DNA of 60,655 bases, counting the filler, from Basidiobolus ranarum (lineage: Eukaryota): NCBI GenBank assembly GCA_040143965.1. It is 16 parts of 16 records of this genome, joined end to end, with 100 filler letters (N's around TTAATTAATTAA, not from the genome) between each part and the next. Parts side by side here need not be neighbours in the genome. Positions count along the whole stretch, not along the records: positions 34,252 to 37,946 come from JASJQH010009206.1; positions 38,047 to 41,739 come from JASJQH010009207.1; positions 41,840 to 45,527 come from JASJQH010009208.1; positions 45,628 to 49,312 come from JASJQH010009209.1; 12 more parts are not named here. The stretch is one strand, 5' to 3'. The notes beneath the pieces are model-generated. The model worked only from the letters and a program-made list of their open reading frames with translations. It made no database searches and was not told the origin of the DNA. Shown here one piece after another: positions 35,823 to 47,693 of this stretch (the first letter of the stretch is position 1; each line of letters begins with the position of its first letter). The translations under genes were made by a program, and so were the position numbers.

Positions 35823-36863
35823 GCACATACTGCAATATTGAACCGAAGCCAACTATTTACTCATATTATGCTGCTATGGTGCCAAGGAAGTAGAAAAATA
35901 GGTTTATGGAGCATGTATGTGTTTAGAAATCTTACCTTTCTCAAGACTTCTGTGATACATCTAATATCGAGTAGATAAATGTTTTTGCGGATAAAAGCAT
36001 AGTTTCTTCAGCAGACTAGCAATGTTTCTTAGTGATTCAACTCCATTATTGCATTTAATATACACGAATATCCATTAAACAATTTAATTTAACAATATAT
36101 ATGTGTGTTACCTTGGTTGATACCAAAAGTATATTATCCGCTGGCTAGATGTTTAAAGGGCCGTCTATACATGAAATGTTAGATGTACTTGTAGTACACA
36201 ACCAGCTTATGCAGAACTATCTCCAACATTGCATTACTACCTTCACCACTGATATTTCATTGCAACATTTGTCATACTACACATAGCTCTAAATCAAGAT
36301 GGTACAATACCCAACAAAATCGATCATCATCTATGCAGTAGAATGGCACCTTGTGATGCATTACGCCTTAGCATATGCTGATGTAGTGAATGGATATATA
36401 TGGATGGTACTTTATCAAGTTATCAGGGGTATTAAAAACTGCTACATTCTATGCAATTTTCGGTTCTCTAAAAGCCACAGCGAAAAAATGAACCGTTTGA
36501 TTGATTTAAATAAACTCATCCCATCATTCATCTCCTATGCCAATCCTCGATTGAACATTACCACCATGTGAGGTTTTCGATGATGACTAATGGCTGTTAG
36601 GGTTAGGGTTGGATGAAAATAGATAGACTTTATAGGTGAATTAGTTGCAATGGGAGAAGAGAAAGGAAAGGAGAAAGTACAGAACATAACATGGACAACA
36701 TGATGCAGTAACTCCGCAAGATAGATATAAACCAAATGATTACTGTTACAATGGTTACCCGAGGTTAATAATGATACAGATTCTAGAGGATGTACTAGAT
36801 GTGGCAATAAGATAGGGGGAATGCGTTACTATCATGCAGATATCCCATACTTTGGCTATTGAA

Positions 36864-37946
36864 CTAAGTTTGATAGTACTGTTTGATCTTGAGTGAGAAC
36901 ACCGCTGCTGCTATTGCTGATACACCACCAATCCTCAATACCCAACCGATGGCATCCGGGTTATGTCCGGCCTCTTCACCAACAATCGGAGAGCTATCCA
37001 CTGGGATTTGTGGCTGGTGAGGCTCAAACAAATAAAATACAATGCTGCTGATGAATGTAATGACAAATTGAGGGAAAACAATATACATATTATGAATGCC
37101 AAGGATCAAGCCCGCGGAATGTTCAGCATTCAATTCGTTAGGGATTTCTTCTACATGCCTAATAGGATGACGTTGATCTTCATCGCCATCACGGGCTTCC
37201 TGAAGTGGATGATACTCGGCTCCATCATGATGAATCCCAGTAGGTCTACCTAGGCCTCGCTGTGCCTTTGCCAAGAACTCACCGATCAGTGAGAACGGTG
37301 CCCACAAGGTAACCGCCCATGAAAATCCACATATGGCAATAATCACCGTAGCTTCACCGACAGAAGTGACAGCTAAAGTGAAGATCATAGACATGGCGAA
37401 GATGATATGAGAAAAGGTGTAACACCTAGGAAGGTCTAAGCCCAAGGGATTACACTCAGATGGTTTAGGTGAGTATCCACTGTTGTTGGAAGAATCGATA
37501 ACTAGCGGCAACACACATGATGTGGTCAGAGAAACCAGGGCGAAAAGAAAGAGAGCAAACGATCCAGCTCTAGTAGATGCTCCAATAGCATCCTCCTCAC
37601 TTTTCTGAAATGGATCCGATACGTACAACTCCGATACCCAGGTAGTAGAATAGAATAGAAAGGGAAACCATCCGATCCAAGCAAAGAATTGTGTGTTGCA
37701 TATGCGTTGAATTGGTTCTGGCAAGGTACGCACGGATTTAATGATTGAGAACAAGGTTTGAAACGGAGAATTGCTGAATGTAAAAGACAATGAGAATGTA
37801 CTTTTTTGATGACCGCTCAGAAATAATATCTCTACCTTGTGTTTTCTCCAAGTTCTGACCTGCCAAGTCTCCTTTCTTTGACGCAGAAACTTGTGACTCC
37901 AACTGTGAAGAACAAAGTGAAAGAAGCCATCATACATAGAACCTTC
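36864..37946 (-). CDS. Sucrose/alpha-glucoside:H+ symporter (SUT1/SLC45-like GPH family), 5'-truncated
   Basis: ICNTQFFAWIGWFPFLFYSTTWV, WAPFSLIGE and AGLILGIHNMYIVFPQF. Intron 37835-37774 restores upstream KVLCMMAS...CVKERRL. Confidence 0.9.
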   Translation of the reverse strand, partial: EGSMYDGFFHFVLHSWSHKFLRQRKETWQVRTWRKHKVEILFLSGHQKSTFSLSFTFSNSPFQTLFSIIKSVRTLPEPIQRICNTQFFAWIGWFPFLFYSTTWVSELYVSDPFQKSEEDAIGASTRAGSFALFLFALVSLTTSCVLPLVIDSSNNSGYSPKPSECNPLGLDLPRCYTFSHIIFAMSMIFTLAVTSVGEATVIIAICGFSWAVTLWAPFSLIGEFLAKAQRGLGRPTGIHHDGAEYHPLQEARDGDEDQRHPIRHVEEIPNELNAEHSAGLILGIHNMYIVFPQFVITFISSIVFYLFEPHQPQIPVDSSPIVGEEAGHNPDAIGWVLRIGGVSAIAAAVFSLKIKQYYQT

Positions 37947-38046
37947 NNNNNNNNNNNNNNNNNNNNNNNNNNNNNNNNNNNNNNNNNNNNTTAATTAATT
38001 AANNNNNNNNNNNNNNNNNNNNNNNNNNNNNNNNNNNNNNNNNNNN

Positions 38047-38290
38047 TGCTATGTTGTGCTCAGATCCTGGATTTTTGAGGTATTGACTGACAGTTACCAC
38101 CATCACAGCATCATCTGGATATGCTGCAACCATTATGTACTACAAACTACCCACCATGGACTGATACAGGAACCCCTGGCTATGACTTGAAACATTTCTG
38201 GCTTAACAAGATAAAATTTGATCAACTTCACATTTGGATGCATTGGTGTTGACACAGACTTGCAAATCCTCATGTTAATACATTTGTGGA
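38047..38290 (-). mobile_element. Copia RT fragment
   Basis: STPMHPNVKL, YQSMVGS-like and SQYLKNPGSEH. Confidence 0.8.
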
Positions 38291-38561
38291 TATTATCAAT
38301 AACTCTAATCTGCTTTGGCATGAGTTTCTGAGAGTGTTTGTGCCATGATTGGGATTCCACAAAAGTTACTTACTTCACCCATAAGAGCCATTTCAGTTTG
38401 ATTAATAAATCTGACTTTTATCTGATTGAGTACTTACAGATCATTCATGTCTGTGACCAGGCCATGCTCATGCAATGCCAAAGTATGAATCCACTTTCTG
38501 GTTGTTTTGATGCAACAACTGTGATATGATACACATTTTTGGAATTCAAATGATTTTAAAT

Positions 38562-40530
38562 TGATGAATTTGGTAATTAGTAAATGATTCCTTAGTATTT
38601 ACTTTGTTCATGTTCCAATTATTCAGAACTCAATGTAAACATGCAAGAATGTGTGTTTCTTGCTTTAACTGATGGATATATCAATTAGATCAGTTTTATC
38701 AATTTTTCCTTTTTCTCAAAACCATTCCAAATCACCTCATATTATCACCCATATCTTACAGGAATGTTTATAAAATCTATGCTTGTCAAACATTTGAATT
38801 TGATGGTAAAACATCAATAGGATGTTTGCTATTAAATAAACCTTAAGTGTTTGATTCATAAATCCAAATATTGTGCAAAACACTTCCAACTCCCCTTAAC
38901 ACTAATATCAGGTTAGCATTCCCCAGCTAGCAGTTCAAGAGGTATCTACCAGTAATAATCCCAATATCTTTACATTTACAGAGATGTGTCTTAGTCAAGA
39001 TTTATTGAAATTAGGAAAATAGCTACTCTTGATTTAGTAGATAGTTTATTCATATCTGAATATTTTGCACTCAACTCTACCATTCAAAAACATGTGTTTA
39101 TTGCTCTAATAATAGGAATATCAGTTAGAGCACTTTTACCAATTTTCACTATTTTCTCAAAACCTCTCCAAATCAGCTCAAATCTTTGCCCATGCTTTAC
39201 AGGCATGTTTGCTATGATTTAAGCATGGGCAATGGTCCTTTCTCAAGGTAAGGTATAAATAGGACATAATCATTTAATCAAACTCAAGTGTTTAATTCAC
39301 AATCCCATATCTAGTCCTATACACTTCTAAATCCAATAAATATTTTTATCAGCTTGGAACTGTAAAATTTCCAACAGGCTTTAGTAATGGTGCCCCTAAT
39401 AGGGATCAATCATCTGCAAGTATTGCAAGAAACCAGGCCATTCAATCAAAGATTGCAGAAAAAGGATTTTTGACAGAACACTAAAATTGGAAAAAGCAAA
39501 TTAAGTAAGAACTGATAGGGATCATCTATTTGCATCTGCCCTATCAGCAAGCACTAAGGAAGACTCAGAAACATAGTACATTGACTCAGGAGCTTCCCAG
39601 CATGTTGGAAACAAGAGAAATTAATTTCCAGCTTAAAACAATCCAAACAAGGAAAGTCAACTTAGGTGATGACTATTAACTAGATCTAGTTTTTAATGCA
39701 CAGGTGTGCTAATTTTGATCAAAATTCCACCACACCTTTTGCAAAACATGATATTTTACTCTATGTACCAAAAGTGCAAGAATTGGCTCTCAGCAGGCCA
39801 AGCAGCAGCTTCAGGACTATGTTTTGTGTTCAGCAAGGCTGGATGCTCTATTACAGATCCAAATACTACCCAATAAGCTACTGGGATCATAATTCAAACT
39901 TATACTAGTTTGAAAGTAGCAAATTGCATTATAAGCAAACAAACTTGGCAAAAACAAGTCAAACAAGCTGTCAAATGTGGCATAGAGAATTAGCCCACTT
40001 TGGCAAATACAAACTGACCCAAATGATCCAGATTGAGCTTGTTTCAGGCTTATAAATTGAAAATATTATCAAATTCAATCTGTGTGAAGATTACATAGAT
40101 AGAAACCAACACAGAAAGATGTTTTCAAGCTCTGGGGAGATCAAATCAACTCGGAATTTTTTCTTGGATTTATTCTGACATTGGTGGTCCCATGAAAAAC
40201 ATCTCAATTGGTAGCAAAAGGTACTCTATGACCTTTAATGATGACAAAACCAGATATACCTGTGTTTCATTTCTCAAATCAGAATTTCAAGCTGCAACTA
40301 CTTTCAAGCGCTAAAAAGCAATGATAGAGAAAGAATCAATACAAAAATAAGGGTACTTTGGAGTAAAAATGGTGGGGAATGCTAATTTTAAGACTTTGCT
40401 AGTTTTTGCTTTAATCATGGAATTAAGCAACATAGTACTGTACTTCATACTTCAGAGCCACATGGAGTTACAGAATGTGCCAATAGTACCATAGTAAAGA
40501 CGATAAGATCAATGGTACAAGATCCATATT
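38562..40530 (+). mobile_element. Copia family B: LTR 38562-38910, PBS, gag start, second LTR 39003-39351, then zinc knuckle-protease-integrase remnant
   Basis: CKYCKKPGHSIKDC, YIDSGASQH, WHRELAHF, YSDIGGP and NGGE motifs. Confidence 0.87.
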
Positions 40531-40799
40531 TAGATTAGACATGTTCCATTTTATTGAGCCAGATCAGGCCAGCTAAAAATAGTGCCAGCACAAATTGGCA
40601 TGATTGGGCACTGGCATAATGTTATTTACCATTTTAGAAACAATAGATTTGCTTATGTGGTAAATTCAGGAAAAGTACTTTTGGATATTATTGCACATAG
40701 AAAAGATGATGAATGCCTTATTCATAGTGTCTTAGGTCTAGAGCTCTCAATGGATATCTATGAGTATGAATGTATTGAGAATTAATCAAGAACTTGACT

Positions 40800-41590
40800 A
40801 CTTTGTGTAACTTTGACTAAGGCCCACAAAATGATTTTCTTCTGTACTTTCCTGCTACAATGTCATATCTCTTTGGGAAACCAAAGCTATGTTCCACTCT
40901 TGCCCTACAATGGGAAAAATGTCATTATAAAGCTTTTGCCTCTCTGTAAGTATCCCTCCTCTGGGGCTCCTGTTAGCTGTGACACATCCTAGCCTACTGC
41001 ATTCCTCCCCAATATATGCCAAATGCGCCATAGTCTTCTCATATCCCACAAATGGTGCATGCCTCTCAACCCAAAGCCTTTTGTCATGATCTCTCCCTGC
41101 ATGTGGCCTACTAAACCATTTGACGTTTTCTTCCAAATCTGTCCAAACCTGGAACTCTACACAGTAAGCTTTGTACTTGCCAGAAAACAATTGCTTATGG
41201 GTGCTTTTGGGCCTGTTAATACTCACAGGAAATGCATAAAGAATACTTCTAACATGAACTCCATTGGGAAATATTCCAGGAAATTGAAGGGAATTAGAGT
41301 CTGTAAATCTTTAGTCCTAGGCACTTTCAATATCATTCATCACCAAAGCTAGACATTTCTCATCTACTAGAAGCTGGCTATGGAAGCTTCTCTCACTTTT
41401 ATTACCCTTAATAGTGCACTGAATTCTGATTAGAAAATAGTGTTTGTAATAGCAAAATAAATTGACTAGCTGGTTTCTGGTAGGTATTGGAGTGTATGAG
41501 CCATAGCATTTCTCAAATATAGCTTCTAGGATGCTGATAGAAAAGCCAGTAGTGGCTTTTGGATTAATGAGGAATGACCATTTAGAGAAT
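40800..41590 (-). mobile_element. DDE_Tnp_4 (PIF/Harbinger-ISL2EU/IS5-like) transposase relic
   Basis: (D>Y)AFPVSINRP..KQLFSGKYKAY..Q..D..GRDHD..A(D>H)LAY.G..LTERQKLYN, then after a frameshift RARVEHSFG.KRYDI. Confidence 0.8.
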
Positions 41591-41739
41591 CCCTAAAAAA
41601 AATTAAATCCATTTGATCCGGATTGGATCCACCCTCCAAAATAGCAAAACCATCAGAGAACCATCACAATATTGGTGGCTTGCATTCTGCCAGAGATTTA
41701 GATGGTGCAATGGTGTTCTCAGGATGGTATTTTGATGGT
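41591..41739 (-). mobile_element. CACTA-like element terminus
   Basis: CCCTAAAAAAAATTAAATCCATTTGATCCGGATTGGATCCACCCTCC, inserted into the DDE_Tnp_4 relic. Confidence 0.85.
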
Positions 41740-41909
41740 NNNNNNNNNNNNNNNNNNNNNNNNNNNNNNNNNNNNNNNNNNNNTTAATTAATTAANNNNN
41801 NNNNNNNNNNNNNNNNNNNNNNNNNNNNNNNNNNNNNNNATTATGTCATGATCCTCCAACAAAAAGTTCCGTAAATTTGAGAAGTGAACATTACATAGAG
41901 TGCAAGCTA

Positions 41910-42260
41910 AGGGCTCATAACCTGTTAATGTACTTGGGAGGCTGTTGGAAGTGGTTTGGAAAATTAGGGAAATTGGTGGTTATCACTTGTTGATTTATTG
42001 AGTTGAATTTTAACATGTATAGTTTTGTCAGGATGTAATGTGTAGAATGTTTTTAGAAAGATCCCAGAAATATGTGTGCAGAGTTTGGAGCTTCTAGACA
42101 AGTTTGAAAAATCTATATATCTGAGATCTTCTAGGTTGGTGTCAATATTCCAAGTAAATTCCGATTGAGAATAATGGGTAATATCTTAGTTAGTTATAAG
42201 ATAATTAAGTACTAAGCTATATATGACTATATAGGTGTTTAGGCAATGCCATTTTCAACA
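41910..42260 (-). mobile_element. Copia family C 5' LTR (41923-42260) with intact half-tRNA-iMet PBS (41910-41922)
   Basis: Minus strand reads TGTTGA...TAACA|GGTTATGAGCCCT. Confidence 0.88.
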
Positions 42261-42478
42261 GATACTAACCCTCAAGCATGTTGACCAATTAAGTCACCAA
42301 AATTTTGCGCTCCTACCAGAATGATCATAAGGATCAGATTAACAACCGAAAATTCGAATTTTACCGCTTCCTTCCTGACTTGACTTCAATAAGTTTTATT
42401 GTTTTTGATATGAATGATGATTGTTTTGATGAGAAAATGCATGGATTATGAGAGATTGAGTGCATGGATATAGTGAGA

Positions 42479-43123
42479 TTATGTACTGTAAAAAGTGAAA
42501 TAGGGACAAGAAAGTCTCCAGCCCCAGTCTGAGGTCCTTGTTACGCACAAAGGAGGGAAATCTTGTATGCAAACCGTATTGCCGACTAACTCCCATTTTA
42601 AAGATCCAGTATTCTCTGAGCAATAGCTAAAATCGGGACAAAACTGAGCATGGATGGGATCACACTTTTGGCGTATTCCTACTTGCAGGACCCATTCGCC
42701 ACATATATCCTTGGTCGTAATTTGTGTCCTCTGACTTTCCCGTAGAGCAGAAGTATAGCGCAACTTCCATTTTGGCTGAGGATTGATGGGCGATTTTGTG
42801 TTCATGAGAGCTGTCTGTTGGGCATGATTTAGGCCTAACAACAGCTCGTTGGATTTAAGGGCTAGACTTACCTCGGCGGCTGGGAGGTGGCGGACACCAT
42901 CGCTTGGTAAGCTCATCTGACGAAGAGTTCTCAACCATGATTTCTTGTTCTCCCACGATCTTTTACACAAAGCAAACCACAAACTCTCGTCATTAGAAAG
43001 GACTCTCCATTCTAGTGAAACCAGTGCGCAACTGCATAGATCAGGCGCTGGTAGATAACTGAAAATGATGACGAGCAACTCCGGTGAAAGGGATAATGGC
43101 AAGTCACAATTAGTAGAATGCAT
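42479..43123 (-). CDS. F-box protein, intronless
   Basis: LSLSPELLVIIFSYLPAPDLCSCALVSLEWRVLSNDESLW is a canonical F-box. Confidence 0.88.
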   Translation of the reverse strand: MHSTNCDLPLSLSPELLVIIFSYLPAPDLCSCALVSLEWRVLSNDESLWFALCKRSWENKKSWLRTLRQMSLPSDGVRHLPAAEVSLALKSNELLLGLNHAQQTALMNTKSPINPQPKWKLRYTSALRESQRTQITTKDICGEWVLQVGIRQKCDPIHAQFCPDFSYCSENTGSLKWELVGNTVCIQDFPPLCVTRTSDWGWRLSCPYFTFYST

Positions 43124-44439
43124 CTTATACAAATTGAACGATGAATGTATTAACAATACGAATTGTGGAGTAGCATTCTTGTTCTTTTATAGAACTCAAG
43201 TACCGAATTGTCAAATCATTGTGGAGATCAAAATTCTGAGAGAAGTGGCACCTATTCACTTCTGAACCGCTAGAGGGTAATCTCTCAGTAATCGTCGAAT
43301 TGGAGTTCACATGACTACCACTTGTCATGATAAACGCTTCTACTCTAAAACTCACCTCACATTTTAGGTTGCCACGGCTATTCTGTCGAAAGCAACCAAT
43401 AAGATGCCTGTAAATGCGAGAATTCTTAGGAAATACATGTAAGCAATCCCAAGAAATCTGTCACATTGGTTCAGCCAATTAATTCTCATTAACTTTCTTT
43501 ATCATTCTCTACGTATCAGTATGAATCACGATATTTAAAACAATTACTAACAAATATGTGACTTAATTTCCTTGATGACCAAGCTAACATTCACATGTGC
43601 GGGTTTTCATTTATCCACACCAATAGTTCTGTTTACTACATCTCCATTACCTATTACAAGATGCGTGAAGAACGCTTATAATGAGTACCTCGTAGGACAT
43701 CTCCTCATATTTGAAGTCAGCTAACGTCGGAACAAATCAGAATCCTTGGCTGTTATAAAACTAATCCAATCCTTCATATGGATGATGCTATAAGCTGGCA
43801 AATATATCTTCCTCTACAACTAAGGCACAGTGGACCGGTTCAAAGAAATACCTTACTTGCCTTTTTGATCATGTAGTCAGTCATCTCAGGCATAACTGGC
43901 TTATAATCAACTCTGGTTACTACAGTAGCTACATTTGGAATACACATGGAAAAAGCTATCATTAGCACTTATTTCAGGCTGTTACTTTAAATTACCAGTT
44001 TTTATGCGCTAAATAAGATTCCCCAAGGAGAATAGATCATTGCAACAACGACGATTTAGTCGTTTCACTTCGCAAATATATTACTTTAGAACTAGCTGTT
44101 GGCCATTACCCCACATTTATGCATTAAGTTTATGAGGTATCAAATTAGTGTAAGTGGTGATCTGTAGTCAGTTTTATAGTTAACATTCGTGGCCTAGTCT
44201 TTTGTATATCTCTCTTTCAGTATTAGTTATAATATTTTGCGTAGAAAACTGATGGCGCATCATATCGTGGCTCAGTGAACGTTGTATCTAGTCACATTTT
44301 TGTATGATGGGAACCAAGACTTTTATAGTAAGCATTATACTCAATTTGCACTTTTAGAAGGTTAAGCAGTGTAGTATAAGCCAAAAAATCTGAATGTCAA
44401 GTTACCTCGAACAGTGTGGGCTCAGTAAAAGAGAAAATT

Positions 44440-45400
44440 GAGTACTCGAAACCTGCGTCTTCTACAATAGCTATAAATGTGCGACACTCTTGATAGTTTG
44501 GGGACTACTGGTAATCGAGTATCGGCGCTTCGCCATTCCAGGCATAGCACAAAGGGACGTTAAAAAGTCGAGTTACCTAATCGTTGTATAGTTATTGATT
44601 AGATCCAGTAAAATACGATATTTTTTAAGAATTTTGCGTAATTTATGTTTGTTTCTTCTCTAGTTTGGCACAGTCCTTAAAGATACTTTTTCTCCAATTC
44701 TGGATATTCATCTGAAATGGCTGATATGCAAACTCCAAGAAATTGTCGCGAGGGTACAGCTAGAACTTCAGCATAATAAGTGGGTGCATCGTGAACGGGG
44801 CATGGTCTTTTAATGGATGTTGCTAACGAGCGAGGACTGAGTGAGCTATTTGCAGAAGTGTCAATATCAACTTTACAGACCGCGTCCAACGCATAGCCGA
44901 AGAATTTCAGCGGTGATTTCTAAAGGATCACCAGCACTGTACTCAGAACCTTCTGGTAATTGGACTTCCAAATGACGTATATTACGGCGACTCTTCAAAT
45001 ATTTGGAGCTCTTGTTTGCCACTAGTTTAGCCCTGAGTTCGTCACTTTATTGTTTTGTGCAATATGAGTTTCTTCCTTGTGATCCGGTGAAATATAACGC
45101 GGAGTAACACCGACCGTAGGATCCTGAGACAGTAGTTCCTAACAAGTTCAAAGCAGAGCCTTCCATTCCCAAGTCAGATAACAAAAAGGTGTTTATTTTC
45201 GCACCCCATTCTGAGAAGTCGACATCAATAGCTCCATCAGCATCACCAGCTCCAGTAGTAGTTTTTTGTTACTATTTTAACCTCTTACACCTCATATTTT
45301 CCGGTTTTTGAAACTTCCCAGTCATCGAGGGCCAAGGTTAGCGGCAATTTTGGATATTTTATTTGCATATTTCTCGGAGAGGCCCATGTTAGAAGAGCTG
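44440..45400 (-). pseudogene. Diflavin (FMN/FAD) NADPH-P450 reductase domain relic, CYP102/CYP505-like
   Basis: In order: SNMGLSEKYA (FMN loop, ~45390), GAGDADGAIDVDFSEW, RNIRHLEVQLPEGSEYSAGDPL and KRRYSITSSP (~44510). Frameshifts, stops and deletions lie between them. Confidence 0.8.
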
Positions 45401-45416
45401 TTTTGTCGTCAATGAA

Positions 45417-45527
45417 TTTTATTGTTTTTGATATGAATGATGATTGTTTTGATGAGAAAATGCATGGATTATGAGAGATTGAGTGCATGGATATAGTGAG
45501 ATTATGTACTGTAAAAAGTGAAATAGG
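45417..45527 (-). repeat. Identical copy of 42394-42504 (F-box last codons and 3' UTR)
   Basis: 111-bp direct repeat at offset 3023, running into the contig end. Confidence 0.9.
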
Positions 45528-45627
45528 NNNNNNNNNNNNNNNNNNNNNNNNNNNNNNNNNNNNNNNNNNNNTTAATTAATTAANNNNNNNNNNNNNNNNN
45601 NNNNNNNNNNNNNNNNNNNNNNNNNNN

Positions 45628-46484
45628 ACCGCATCAGTCATCATCGCCACAGGTGCTATTGCCTTAAGCATGTTTTTACCTGGTAACAGCAAAATAAATT
45701 CAACTTCTCCTCGTCCCCTGGGTGCCCTCTCCCCCCCCCCCCTCTCTTTAATCTTTTATTTAGATTCAAATTTAAGCCACATTTTCACCAATTTTTAATA
45801 TATTCACAGGTGAAGAGAAATACTGGCAAAATGGAATTTCTGCTTGTGCCGTATGTGATGGTGCCGTACCGATCTTTCGAAATAAACCATTGGCAGTAGT
45901 AGGTGGTGGGGATTCAGCAGTTGAAGAAGCTATATTTCTCACCAAATTCGCTAGTAAAGTGTATCTTTTAGTAAGAAGAGACCAACTTCGTGCATCTAAA
46001 ATCATGGAAACCCGTTTATTGGCTAATGACAAGGTTGAGGTATTATGGAATACAATTCCTATAGAAGCGAATGGAGATGATTCTGTATTGACCAGTTTAA
46101 AATTGAAAAATACAAAGACTAACAAAATCACTGAATTCCCCGTAAATGGTTTGTTCTATGCTATTGGTCATACTCCTAATACTCAGCCATTCAAAGGTCA
46201 ACTGGAATTGGATGAAGATGGATACATCTTGGTCAACCCTGGTAGTACTTGCACCAGTGTACCTGGGGTGTTCGCAGTGGGTGATGTTCAAGACAAGCGA
46301 TACAGACAAGCTATAACAGCAGCTGGGTAAGTGGGAGTTAATTCTATTTCGAATGTATTTATGCGGCTCATTGGTGTGATTTCCTTCTAGGTCTGGTTGT
46401 ATGGGTGCCTTAGATGCGCTTAACTACTTGGAACATCAAGAAATACCAGTAGAAAATACTAATCGCTTACAAGCACGCTTGTAG
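45628..46484 (+). CDS. TRR1: Low-MW thioredoxin reductase, 5'-truncated
   Basis: [29 protein letters not shown] and [29 protein letters not shown]. Ends NRLQARL*. Confidence 0.95.
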
Positions 46485-47693
46485 TATTCATTCTAAGCCT
46501 TATTAATTCACTGCCATACCAAGCACGACTTCATTCAATTCAGGATATATACATAATAAAAGCATCATTTCGTATTGAATACAGTTTAAAATCATTCCGA
46601 AGTTCATCTCGGGTCAATCTAATCCACCTATGGAAATGATAATCTTCAACTTTTATTGAATCTGCTTTTTTGTTACGGGAGATTCCGAGGTCATGAATTT
46701 CAACCTTTAGTAGCGGGTATTTTATCGCTTTATTCACTTATGCTTGTCAACATATCCATCACGAAGATTAGAATAAATGGTCTGGAAGGTACATTTCAAC
46801 TTACCTTGCGGAATCATGTAGAAAGGTTAATTGTGTGGCTAACTCATACCAACTAGTGGCTGAATTCTATTATGGAAGCTAACTTTTATTGAAGGGTCTT
46901 TGGCCTAGCGACTTGTTATTTGTATAGTATAAATGCCCTGTCTTATGATGGACATATCATCCGGCCAATAACAAGTCAAACTGATGGTAAGACTATACAA
47001 CTATATATACATTACAAACGATATAGCTAAAAGAGCTTCGTCAGTTGGTGGGGAGCATAGGCTAACGGTGTGTAATTCGATATTAGGGGCTGTTTGGGAA
47101 AATGATGCATGTCTTACTGAGTGAATGTTAGCAATAGAGCGGAGACATAGGATTAGTGCCATTTATTGACAAGAATGCAACAAAAATGTGTGTCTGGTAG
47201 ATAAGGGATGAATCAAATATATCCAGTGAGTTTATGATCACCCATAGTGTCGTATTAACAGGGACATTCCGGATTCCATGGACAGTAAAAACTGTAAATA
47301 GAGTCAAGAACGAACAGGTTTCGGTTGGCATATGGAATGGATGGGAATGGCGATTAGCAGAACACAATCTCTAAAGATATCCCTTAGACGTTGTACACAG
47401 AGTAAGAGTGGAATGTCTTTATCGCAATTATCTTACTCTATCAATCACCCCCAATGAGATACCGATCACTTTGCTACACGTGATTTCCGAGAGGATTTTA
47501 GAGTCACAGTGGCTGATATCTCATTTATTCGAATATTGACGACATTGCGAATTCTAGCCAATCAACACTGAAGTAGGGATTTTACACACACACGACATAA
47601 AGATTCGTATTTTGGATACTTTTCAAATTTTATTTAAAGAATGGTAATAAGAGCTTTCTTGATTCGCACAATTTACTTAGATTCTCCTTCTCT

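Noticed and set aside
41910-41922. tRNA-Met gene
   Set aside because: Only 13 nt of the anticodon arm are present. It is a retrotransposon PBS.
43650-43950. Exon-like minus-strand fragments (MPEMTDYMIKK, DFKYEEMSYE)
   Set aside because: Too short to assign to any family.
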